Assembly: GCA_000708835.1 (NCBI GenBank)
Contig: DF237157.1
Coordinates: 62,001-126,000 of the forward strand
From: Klebsormidium nitens
Taxonomy: Eukaryota > Plantae > Klebsormidiophyceae
DNA: 64,000 bases
Direction: 5' to 3'
Shown: in pieces, positions 35,311 through 47,000 of the stretch
Numbering within the stretch: the first letter of the stretch is position 1
Layout: each line of letters begins with the position of its first letter
Notes under the pieces: generated by a model
Databases searched by the model: none
Told to the model about the DNA's origin: nothing
The model's input: the letters and a program-made list of their open reading frames with translations, nothing else
Translations under genes and position numbers: made by a program

Positions 35311-38300
35311 TCAACGCTTCACCAGCAAGAACGCATCCTCTTTCAGCGCCGTGCATCCTTTCGCCACAAAATTCGGGTAATCCTTCAAAACGTCGTTTGC
35401 TGTTAGCAGTTGGGCATCGTAGCCGTTCCCAAACAGGCGATCTACCTCCTTGATGTCGATGCTATACGGGGGCCCAGACATCTCCTCCTGCAGAAACGTT
35501 CGGGAAAAAACGTGAGCATAAGCGGCCTTCTCCATCCGGTGAACAGACGAGGTGCGACTTTCTCTTTCAGGAAACAAGGACACCGAAATTCGTCCGCTTC
35601 ACAGGGTTCGACGGAGACGAGGTCTAACAGCCTTCATAATCGTTTGACGAACAAGGAAACATCCGGATGGCGAAGTGCCAAGCTCCGAGCTCTCTGATGC
35701 CATCATTCCGTGGACACTGATCAACATCTGCCGACGTCAGCAACTTCAACAGGCCACGAAACTACGAAGCTGGTAACAAAGCCCATTGGAAGGATATAAT
35801 CAAAAGAAACGTGCAAAAGCGGGTGCGACCGAGTCAAGGAGAAGTTCTCGCAATGTTTGTAGCCAATCAGATGCTCCCAGACTGACAGCTCAGACAGGCC
35901 CCCGAGCGGGATCAAAGCGAAACGCTTTCCTGTGACGGCATTCCTTTAGAGAAGATGGCGTCACAGGGACTGCACGTGCTTTTGTGAGACTCCTCATTCT
36001 CTTTACTTTCCCTTGACTTGCTTCATATTGATACAAGACGATCGAGTTCAGAACTCTCAAACCCAGAACCCAGAAACAGAATCCAGAACCCAGGACTCGA
36101 AACGAGAAAGGCGGGAATAGTCAGGACCGAAAGAGGGGACAACATTCCCACCTGGTTGTAGTTCATGCCCACTAGCAGGATGCGCGCCCCCGGCTTGAGC
36201 ACTCCGTCCAAAGCGGCGACGTACTTTCCTCTCAACGAAGGATGAACCGCCACCAATGCAGCACGGTCCAAGCACTGCCAAAACCAAGCTTCGTTGGAAA
36301 TCGAGTCAGCTTAGGTTTTAATGCAGTCATGGTGGATCATGTTGAGCAGGATCGATGTGCCAAGACAGGTGCGTATTAGAACACAAATCTGAGATGGTAT
36401 TGTCACCGACATGGTACGCTTTTGGCAAACATGGGCAAATTATGTCCGGCGTGGCGTTTTTGCAGGCACCGCGCACAAAGAGGCGATGATAGCCGCTCTT
36501 CCACCCCTTGCATTCTTTTGACTACGCCCTTTTCCGACCAGGCAGAATGCAACCCTTTGAAGGTCGCCGTTCTTTTCACCGATTGATTTCGACGTGCCAG
36601 GAAGACGCCTCACCAAGTCGAAGGTCCCCGCAGATGCTGACGTCAGCTCGAAGAAGTCGCCCCGCAAGATGCTCAGCCCGGGCCCTGCGTACACTTCGAA
36701 GCCGCCCTCGGACGTCCGGTCCAGCCTTTCGAGAGGAATGTCCGGATGCTCCTCCCTGAACTCGTCGATTGCGGTTTGGATACCTTCCACCCCGACCACA
36801 TCCAAACCCTGCACCAAAGCCACAGGGTTAGCAAGAGACATGCCTGCTTTGTTGGCTGCTTGAACCCAAGAAAGATGTGCTTTTTGATGTTTGCTAGATT
36901 ATATTAGAAGAGACTGTGAAAGGACTTTAGTGTTTTGAGGGCGTTGTGAACATGGAAGACAACTCGAGACAGGGAATGAGAAGGAAACCTAGTCAACAAG
37001 CGGGCTGAAGCTTGTAGGAAACAAGATAGAAACAGGCATTTGATGTACGCCAGCTGATATGCGGAGAATACTTCTTATCAGTGACATACATCCTTTCGAC
37101 TGCACTCAATCTACAGTTGAGCAAGACGGTAACAGCTGAAACCTATGAGCTTACACATCTGTTGCTGTGGAGCGACATGATAAAAGGTGGTGCAGCATCA
37201 AAGAGAAGCCCTGAATGGCGGGCGCCAGTGTAAGCGGCACCATTTGGCAAGTACTGAGAAATTCTTGATAGATGAACCTTGTGAGAACGATCAGGGTCTT
37301 GGACTAGCTGACGATGAAGAGCGTAACAGTTCCTAACACAGCGCTCTAAGTAGACCACCACAGCCGGAGACATGCAGTTTGTCGTCACCTATCAGATCTT
37401 GTCCTTAACAAAACCTGAGCTTTCTAGCCTCTGCACCAATCGACTCAATAATGCCTCCAATACTAAATGCCGAATGTCCAAAGTTCCGTCAAACTAAGAT
37501 GAAGTCCACTGTGTTTCTACCAAGCCTGAGCTCACATCTGGAGTCAGCTTTGCGTCTGACTGAGAGGAAGACTTTTCAAACAAAGAAGCTCAATGCGTAG
37601 AGAGCGCTTGAGCCTCTGAAAGGGATTTTGTGAGGCTGCTAATCAATGCTGCAAAAATACCCGCTTTCGATGGCAAGCGAACTGCAAGCCCACATCAAGT
37701 ACAGAAGAAATGTGAGAGAATCAAGGGGGATACCTATATTGAATATAAGTAAAGTGCTTACATAACGTAGAAATCGTTCGCATTCCATGTCTGCGCATCA
37801 GACTCAATCTGCGCTGCCCATTGCCTATTTACACCACCCCCAATCGACCAGCGTGCGACATCCTCATGTGTCAAAATTTCAAAAAGAATAAGAGAAAGAA
37901 ATTGCACTTACCTTGGAACTCAGAAATGGCATGTCTACTGTCTTCCCGCACAGCGGAACAAGCACCCGCCGGTTCTCCCCCGCTTCTTGCTCTGGCCCCA
38001 GAAACTTCTCTAGATTCTTCAGCAAGTTCGGATTCGGGTCCGCTTTATGGAACGCGATCCTCCCCGGCGCGTCCCGAGGTTTTGCCCAGCCTGCCACCCA
38101 CCGTGTGAGACGCTCTTGCGGGTCGTCAGGGCGGGAAGATTCTGATCCTGCAGCCACTGTGGGTTCTGAACTTTCCTCGTTGACATTCTTTGCGGGGTGG
38201 GAAGTTTCCGGTTGGGTCTTAGCTTCAGCGGCCATGTTGCTTCTAACCACCACCTGTCTTTGGTAACTGGAGGGGAGAGTAGCTCTGACAGAAGTGGAGT

Positions 38301-38427
38301 TTGCTGTTCTGAAGAAACGGTCCAGCGATAGAGACTTTCGACACTGATAATTGGGCTGATGTCGGGCAGATATTGGAAAAGAGGAGGGTTTTGCAATGCT
38401 GCCACTTTTTGCCAACGCTCTGCTCAT
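35311..38427 (-). CDS. TPMT: Thiopurine S-methyltransferase family SAM-dependent methyltransferase with N-terminal transit-peptide-like extension, 4 exons
   Basis: Exons 38427-37912 (..RWVAGW..FHKADPNPNL..RVLVPLCGKTVDM), 36808-36614 (GLDVVGVEG..GDFF), 36274-36152 (DRAALVAVHPSLRGKY..LKPGARILL), 35487-35311 (GPPYSI..). All phase 0 with GT-AG borders. Confidence 0.92.
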
Positions 38428-40022
38428 GGTTTAATAGCCAGATCAGAAAGTGAAACGGATAAATTCCATTAGCATTCAAGCTCAGAAAATTGCTTCGTTT
38501 TGAAGCTTCAATGTAGATCTACAAATATTGTAGTAGTGACGTACTGTAGTGGTCCAAAAATTGGCCACCTTTCCTCAGGGCTGCGGCTCCCCCAGCCACC
38601 ACAACTTTGCTTCGAACCAGATTTATATGAGGTGGGGCAGCGGCAGAGCGGTGCAGGGGGGCAGGCCGCAGCAGGGAGGGCTCAATGGGGGCTCAGTGGC
38701 TCGAACCTGGGTAGTATTAATAATACTGCATGGTAAACCCAAACTTCAACTGGCAGGTGCCATGTGCAAGTAGATTTGTTTTCAAGAAACCAACCCGGAA
38801 AACCCGGGTTGGATTTTGTATGCAATGCGCCCTGCGCAGTTCAGGCCTCCAGGGTAGTCGGTACTTGGCTTCACCGGCCGGCTGCACCTAGCAAGTGCGC
38901 GTGCATTACCTGCCGGCCAACCAGCTGGCGGGGTGCCTTCGAGTTCGGCACCGGCCGGGGTGCCGTTTCCGCCGGCCAGGCCCGTCGCCGGTAGTTTTCG
39001 GTGCGCCCAGTTGTCTGACACATGGCACAATGTTGATTTGCGTCTTGTTTACCTATGTCGACATACGTGAAGTTGAACAAGACGCCGCGCCAAGAGTCCA
39101 GTCAGCCGCCGCCTCAGGCTCAGGCTGTCTAGCTCCCCTTCGCTGCTTCACACAGGAAGCAAGCATTCTATTTACTGACACTGTAGCTAGGATAGGATGC
39201 AGGCACGGAATTAAGGACGGTGGCAGCGAGTGTGCGGCGAGATCGTCTTTGCGGGGATCGTCTTTTTGAAGAGAGCACCTTCTATTGCTTGCTTGCAGCT
39301 TGATTGCCAGTGGAGGTGAGGCTGGTCATCTCACACGCCTTCGCTTTTCCTGGGAAATGCTTCTTGGCGTGAGAATCCTCTCTTTGTTGACCTCTTGACC
39401 GCTCTTGATGACCATCGTAAAGTTTGCCTCGTCTAACTACCACTCATAGCTCAAAAGACTCGGTTGTAACAAAAGAGGGCTCGTCCGGCCATTGTAGGAC
39501 TTTGCGTGGACTCCGACTCTGATGTATTGTTGTCAGCTTTAGACGAGAGGGGGACTAGCAACCCACGTTGCTTTGCTTGACTAGGCATTGCTTAGGAAAA
39601 CCCACAACTGCAACAACGAAAGCTGTCTGCATGATGTGCAGATAGCGCAGATAAAAGTTGGCAAAATTTCGGGCGTCTCTTCAGGACACCAACCAGAAAC
39701 TTATCATGAATCATTACGAAGAACTGCTTGATTGAGCTAGAACCTGGATCAGCACATGAAGTTACAATGCATCAACGACGGGGACGCAAGATCTCCTCAA
39801 TGCTTCATTTGTCACGTTTTTCCTGGTTAGCCTGCCCTGTGCTTGCAGGTAGGTTCTTCTTTTATAATCTTGTTGCTGCTTTTTGCCCCAGTCACACAAA
39901 GCTGTTGCATTCCAGAATTTCTTCAAGGCCAATGCTGAATGATGATGATGCTATGATTTTGCAGGTGCCAACTTATACCAGCCTGTACCACGATTTCGGG
40001 AGGAGAAATAGCTGAGCCCACT

Positions 40023-42816
40023 ATGTTGCGCCTTGGGCTGCTGCTCTTGGTGAGCCTGTGGGGAAGCGGGTTTATAAGCGGGGTGTGCTCCTTCACTATG
40101 GAGGAGCTGACCAACATTGTTCAGGCTCCCCTCTCGAGTGTAACCTCCATAGAGAGCTCTAAGTATCTGCTCTCTGGCCCCATTCCTCCTGAACTTGGTG
40201 GCCTGACCAACCTCGTTCGGCTTAACCTTTCCAACAACTTCCTTTCAGGCCCCATTCCTCCCTGAGCTTGGTAAACTGACCCAGTTGACTCTACTCGATT
40301 TGGGTAGAAATTCACTTTCAGGCCCTATACCCCCCGAGCTCGGTGCGTTGCGGAGGCTCCAACAGCTCGGCCTCTATAATAACGACTTGTCAGGCCCCAT
40401 TCCGTCAAAGATTGGCAATCTTCTTGACCTCATATATCTTGGCCTCTTCGAAAACCAACTCTCCGGTCCAATTCCTCCTGAGCTAGGGGGTCTCCAAAAG
40501 CTTACATATCTCTACCTCTCTTCAAACCGCCTATCGGGTCCAATTCCACCTGAGCTTGCTGGTGCCCGATACCTTCAGTTCCTCGACCTTGCTTCCAACC
40601 GCCTATCTGGTACAATTCCCCCCGAGCTTGGTACTCTATATCTTCAATTGATCTACCTCTATTACAACGACCTATCTGGCCCTGTCCCCGTCGGTATTCT
40701 GCTGTCCAAGGGATAGAAGAACTTCTATTTAAACGATGGCCTTACTATACCCCCAGAGCTTGGTGACCAGGTACATCTGACAACCCTCAACTTGAGCTCT
40801 TTGTATCTTACCGGACGTATTCCGGAAACGCTTGGCAGGCTGTCCAAGTTAACCTCCCTTGACCTGGGCAATAACTGGCTTGATGGTCCGATCCCCCCGG
40901 AGCTAGGCAACCTAACCAGATTGGCCAACCTTTCATTGGAAAATAACAACCTCTCGGGCAGTATACCCCCTCCCCTTGGCAGCCTGACTGAGCTCACCTC
41001 CCTTTCATTAGGCAAGAACAAATTCTTTGGCCCCATCCCTGCCGAGCTTGGTAACCTAACCAAGCTCAAGTCCCTTTCGTTGGCTTGGAACAAGCTTTCA
41101 GGCCCCATTCCTGCCGCGCTTCGCAATCTGGTCAACCTTACTACACTTGACCTAAGCAATAATGGCCTCGTTGGCCCAATCCCTTCAGAGCTTAGCAGCC
41201 TGATCCACCTAGAAAGCCTCTCCCTCGCCTCCAACCAGATCTCGGGCCCCATCCTTCCGCAGCTCAGCAATCTTACCAACCTTACGTCCCTTGACTTGGG
41301 CAACAATAGCCTGTCGGGGCCCATTCTCCCAGAGCTCAGCAACCTGCGCAAACTCACCAAACTCGGCCTTCAGTCCAACAACCTTGTTGGAATCATCTCC
41401 CCTTCATTCAGCAGACTTACGCGTCTCAAGTATCTGTCCCTTGGAAACAACTACCTCTCGGGGTTCATCCCCTCTGAGTTCAGCAATTTGAGGGTCCTGT
41501 ATTACCTCAACTTTGAGGCGACAGCGATTTCATGCAGCTATGTGAGCTGGCCAGTAGTCTCTGTACAAGAACTGGGACTTCCCTGTTCCCCGCCACCTTG
41601 GGTGCACCAACTCGCTCTGATCAAACTCACTATAGGGTTCGGAGACGCCTCTACTCGAGTTCTCGACCTGACAACTGTGCCTGCGGGTCTCTGTAACCAA
41701 ATTAATGAGGGTGGCAGCGGTCTTGTGGAGGTTCGCAACTGCTCCGCTCTTACGAGCATCAAGTTTGGGCCAGCCTTCGACCAAACAAACGGTGGGTACT
41801 CCTGTGCGGTGGATATGAGCTGCAACATCGGAACATTGACTAGTGACACAAGGCGAGAGATTTGCCTTCACGATATCGACATTTTTACGAACACCACCTC
41901 CTTAAGCGAGTTCTGTGTAACTCCGGGGGCCACGAGGACTGTCATCACCGTCTACTCCATCCTTGGCGCCTTGGCTGCCGCGTTATGCTTTGCCTATTGG
42001 GCTATGACGCGTTTCAAGAAGGCGTTGACTCTGATTGGTGGGGGACTCGGCAAGCCGCACCCGCTAGTTACGTATGGGGTCTACCTAGGTGGCGTCGTTG
42101 GTGGAGCCGTTGTGTGGGCGGATCTTTACACCGACCTGCGCATCCTGGCTGAGGTCTGGGGGGGCTGGCCTCAGTGGGTGATCCTAGGATCCATCCTCGC
42201 ACCATACTTGGTCGGGGCCCTGTTTATTGCGGAAAGCTGTGTCGCCAGCGGTTTCGTCTTTGTACGTCCACCTCGTTTGCCGGGGTTGAGGTGGATTTGG
42301 CCCCCTCCACGTATGGACTCTGCCGCAGCCCTGCCACGGCTTCCTATGAGCCCGCTGAGGTGGGCGGTAGTGCTGGTTGTATGGCCGCTATTCCTCCCGG
42401 CGGTTGTCTTCCTCGACGTGGTGGCGTTTTTGGACAAGCTTGGCTTCCACCTTAAGCTGGGGGCACGTGTTTACGGCATGGAGCTCTGGTTCGACTCCCG
42501 CTCTTTAGTTGAGCTCGTACTGCGAACAGTGCCGCAGCTTGGGTTCCAGACGGTTGTGTTCATTGCGGGTAGCACGAAATACACGGCGCCAAATGTCTTT
42601 ATTGACAAGGGTATCTTCTTGCAATCTATTGCCCTGTCTTCGGCATCCATACTCAGCCAATTCGTGTACACGTTGTGGGGTGCCATGGTCGTCTCGGAAA
42701 ACCCTTTAGCAGTACTCTGGAGACGCATACGTTGTGTAGGCAGGTCGTGGGCGATCCAGATTCCCGTCCAACTTGATGAATATGAGGAGCAGAAGGGTGA
42801 CAACATTCACGTTTAG
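40023..42816 (+). CDS. Intronless LRR receptor-like protein (signal peptide, ~18 plant-type 24-aa LRRs, Cys-rich juxtamembrane region) fused to an XK/Xkr-like multi-pass membrane domain; carries a +1 frameshift (~40260) and an in-frame TAG (40714-40716)
   Basis: ORFs 40023..40265, 40285..40716 and 40792..42816 form one colinear LRR array (LxxLxLxxNxLSGPIPPELG). cccattcctCcctgag has one extra C relative to the other repeats. ORFs 40285 and 40792 share a frame separated only by the TAG. The C-terminal region has several TMs with ADLYTD, ELVLRTVPQLGFQ and LQSIALSSASI. Confidence 0.8.
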
Positions 42817-44088
42817 ACTCTAGTGCTGATTAGTGGAAAGCGAACCATGCACCGTCGATACCTGTGAGTTTAGTGATTTCTTCTAGGCACCAAGTGTCGC
42901 ATGCTTCCTCGTTTAGGACAGACGTCCCATGCTTTCAGTGTCATTGTTAGGTCCTAGCATTGCTAAAGCTTGACCACATGTGCACGTCACGAAATGGCAA
43001 CCAGTACGGTATAGGTTCATATGAATCGTCTCAATGTATGAATTCGATCAGCATAGACTTGAACTGTATAGGATCTGTAAGTTTGGAAAAATATGGCTTC
43101 GCGTAGACTCACATAGACGGACTCATACTTAACATTGAAGGTTACCGTACGCAGTATTTTGTATCACTGCATAAAATTTTGAGACCGTGCATGTGGGTTT
43201 CATTTATAGAAAGCTTTAGATATGGATGGTGCCCTTATAGCAGTAATATCGTACTTATGTCACTAGATATGACCCTATATTTTCTCGTTGGTATAGCACA
43301 AGCCTGATGGCTCGAACATTATTTGAATGATCATGCAATTGCATTGTATCTCCTGCGTGACATGACATGCTGTATGACGGTTTCAATTTTGTGCATGAGC
43401 TGCCATGTGCGAAATCGCCTGCGGATTAATGATGAACCTGGCCGAAAGCTCTTATAAGTGCTCGATCGCGTGCACTGAGGGCCACGATCGGGACTCGCGG
43501 TCTTCAGGACTGTCCCCTAACTCTCAATCCGATGCAAATCGCGGTTCACAGAGGGCCACGAACGTGGCCCGAGATTTGTAACCACCACACGCAATAGGTG
43601 GAATACCTAAAACGCAAAAGGCCGTTTGAGCATTGAGTAAAGTAGACTCTTGGGTGGCGGCGCACATGCAACAGTCCGGGCCGATTGCCTTTCGAAACAT
43701 TTTATGTCTATGGAGTCCCCGGACTAGCGACTGTCCTGATATGTGCTTTCTGATTGAACCATAACAAATGGATGCAACGTGCCTAATTTGAGACCAAAGA
43801 AGTGCACGGGTACATCATGCATGCACTGACCGAGTTAGTTTGGACGCTCGCAAACGTGTTCGCTTTTAGTCAGCGCGATTCAGTCCTACTGGCCGAGTCG
43901 TTTTTTCCTTGACGCAGGCTTAGTATTTGCGTGTTTGACATGTCTTTCTTTAGCACTGTAGGCACACGGTTATACCAGGGCTGCATTGGGTTATCAATCA
44001 GTGGCACCCTTGAAAAGGGAAACCCGTGGACCACATGTGAACTCTCCTCTTACGTTTTCTGGTCGCGTGCTACCGCCACTCCTTTACG

Positions 44089-47000
44089 TCACCTGAAATC
44101 AAGTGTGATGGAAGCCTTAGCCGGCTTGTGTTGACACATCTGCAAAAACGATGGTAAAGATCATGATCCTTTTTCACAGCTCATCCGTACTTCAGTACAT
44201 AAAATCAGTGAAAGAGCTCTGGACCGATCAAGGCAAACCTTTCAGAAAAGAGACTGAAAGGTAACTGATTGGCGAAGACATTTGCGGGCCTCAGATTTGT
44301 TTGTAAGGGCACAACCAGGGCAGGGAACCTCGCTGACAGAAAGTAGCTGGACTCCAGAGGTGTGCGAAATCATGAATCGAACGGCAAAGAGGGTAGATGG
44401 GAGAGGCGCAACGCAAATTGGATTGAACGGCTCACCTTCACTCCCGCCAGTTTCAACAACCGTTTCGATGCTGCGTACGCAATTTCCGGCCGGGGATCCC
44501 CCGGTCCAATATCCCGCTCGTGGCCGCCCTTGTCCGTGTAGTAGATCACTTCCGAGATGCCCGACTGTAGACGAAAACGGTCTGGATTAGTTTTTGGTTT
44601 GAGAGTCTGACTTCTTAAACCTCATTCTACTTGCAATGCCCCCAAGCGTAATGTGTTTCTGAATGCTCTCTCCCCGGCTCACATCGAAACGCAGGACACA
44701 ATTCCGTAAAAAAAATCCTGTGCGAACTTCCTTCGAGCCGCTGATCACTGCAAAGCCAGGATAAGAGGAGGCTGTGACACCTGGCACGTGTTTTATCCGT
44801 TATATTCCGGACGAATGCCCGAGCACGGGTCTACGACAGAAGCGTCAGCCGCCCAAAATGTGAAACCGCTTGCGTGGAAGTTGCTCACGAAAGCAGTGAC
44901 CCAGGTATGCACCATTCGACGAAAAGGTGGGTGGAAACGGACGAGTGGATGGCTAGTATCTCGCAGAAACAGTGTAGGGCCCTCTTTCATGAAATTTCGG
45001 CTGGAGTTGGCTCGGGATCGGCCAGGATGCTTCTGAGCGTACAGCTTGTTCAAGTTTATGGAAAGGATGGACGCTTTCAGTTACAGAAAGTACAAAGGGA
45101 ACGACGGAAAATAAAGCAGCAAACGACAACCGAATGTTCCAGAACTGAAGTTGACAAGCTCAACCAGGCTGGAAATTAGTGGAAGCCCATGTAAGCCTTC
45201 TGTGGCTTCTCTCGAGATGGAGCGGCTCATTCAAACGATAGAATATAAGGGAAAACGAAGGCTGACAGCAAGAGAGTGGACGTACCTGAATGATAAGCTT
45301 TGCGCACTCGTTGCACGGAAACATCGTGACGTACATCTTTTGGCCGGGGGCTGACGCGTGGTTCCGGTTCAGAATGGCGTTCAGCTCCGCGTGGCACACG
45401 TACCTGAGCGGAACGGAGAACAATGACGGACGTTGCGTTGATGAGAGGAGGTAACCATAGAACCGTAATTAGAAGGGAGAAGGACGCGCCATTTGCTCAA
45501 AAGACAATCGAAGTTTTAACTTCGAAGCTACGCACTGCGACAACCAAAAATAACAACATACCGGAGCTGATCCCTCCGAGGAGGAAAGGCTGACGGGGTT
45601 TTTCATGCCACTGTTCGACAGGCGTCCGGGAATTGTGCTCGTTATGCCAATCGACCCGAGTTTATCAGGAAGTGATTAGGGGGATTGGCCTTCCGTGTCA
45701 CGAGTCCACAAGAAGCTTTACAAATCTTCAGCTTTTCGAAGTTCAGTATCTCCGTTTGATCTACTCAACTTGCCAGCGCCTCTCCCATGCGTCAGCTTCT
45801 CGTAGCCATTTCGGATGATAGCCCTTTTCCTGACCGTTCAAATAAACATTGCATATGACTCTTTGCGGAAGGAGCGGCGATGTAAGCAGCTTCCGGGTCC
45901 CGCCCGAAACGATCGTGCCCTATTTGCAGAGCATAACTCTCCAGCTCGTGACTACGAATTGAAGCAAGAGCGACGCCTTACGGGTATTTTGTCTTGAGCA
46001 GGTCGCCATCTTTCGACGACTTGGCCCATGGCAGTTGGTCGTCCGAGCAGCCCCTGGGGAAACCATTGTACCCGATGCCTGTAGCGAAAAACGGAAGACT
46101 CTCGGTTGATCACTTAGGTTTCATGACTTGCAAAATCTGAGGTGTTAAATACGACGAGCAAGTTAGCACGAGCTGACGTCATCGGTCCCCAAAGCAGCGC
46201 CCCGGAAGCCGTTGTAAGCGATCCCTGCAGCAGGAACAAAAGCTGCTCGCTTACGTGCTTGTGAGACTGGAAGGTTTTGGGGGGAAAAGCAGGGGGCTTA
46301 ATAGCAGTGACGTCATGACTGTCGCAAGCAAGAGCGCACGTCGAGTTTGAGAACGGCAAGCGCTCCATAGACCCTACGACATTCCCTTACGTCTTCGCTC
46401 AGAAAGGGACGTGTAGAGAGCGTAACTTGAGCTGAGGGGACATTCGCTGAGAGAGTTGCAAGCACAGTTGAGGTCCGAAACGGATTCAAGAACGGACATG
46501 CTGGTCGAATATAATTCACACAATGTGGGCACAACTTTCCCCCTAAAATCTTAAGTAATCTTCTTCGAGTGTGCAGTTTTCTCGCTACAATATCTGGCTG
46601 CATGGTAAACTCTCTGCGTCCCGCTTTCTCCTCGAAATGTGGTGTCCAAAATGCAGAACCTCTCGAAAGTCTGTTCGAAGTACTAAATTGGCCCAACTCG
46701 CCGTCAGCCCCATCGTTCGTGGTCAGATTTATCAACTTAAAATGCTCAGAACTAACAGTCAGTCCGCGCGAAACAGATGTCCAGTAGGTACGGCATCGGA
46801 TGGCCTAGCGTTCTTTAAGGTTTGCAGGCTTAAACCTTGGTAGAGCTTCGGAATTATGCATAAGACGTCAAGAAGCTGAGATTAATAGCTCGGATCTGGA
46901 ACTTACCCAGGATGATGCGCTCCTGGCTTACGATGCACGCTCCAACCTGGGAAGAAAAAAACGAGCTGGGTTCAAAGCAGTTACCAAAGTCTCCAATTAC

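Noticed and set aside
38790-38812. Perfect 9-bp hairpin ccaacccgg-aaaac-ccgggttgg (also gggccacg-aa-cgtggccc at 43553-43570)
   Set aside because: Isolated GC-rich stems with no Helitron CTRR end, TIR partner or RNA-gene context.
40725-41360. 211-aa minus-strand repetitive ORF
   Set aside because: Antisense reading of the LRR array.
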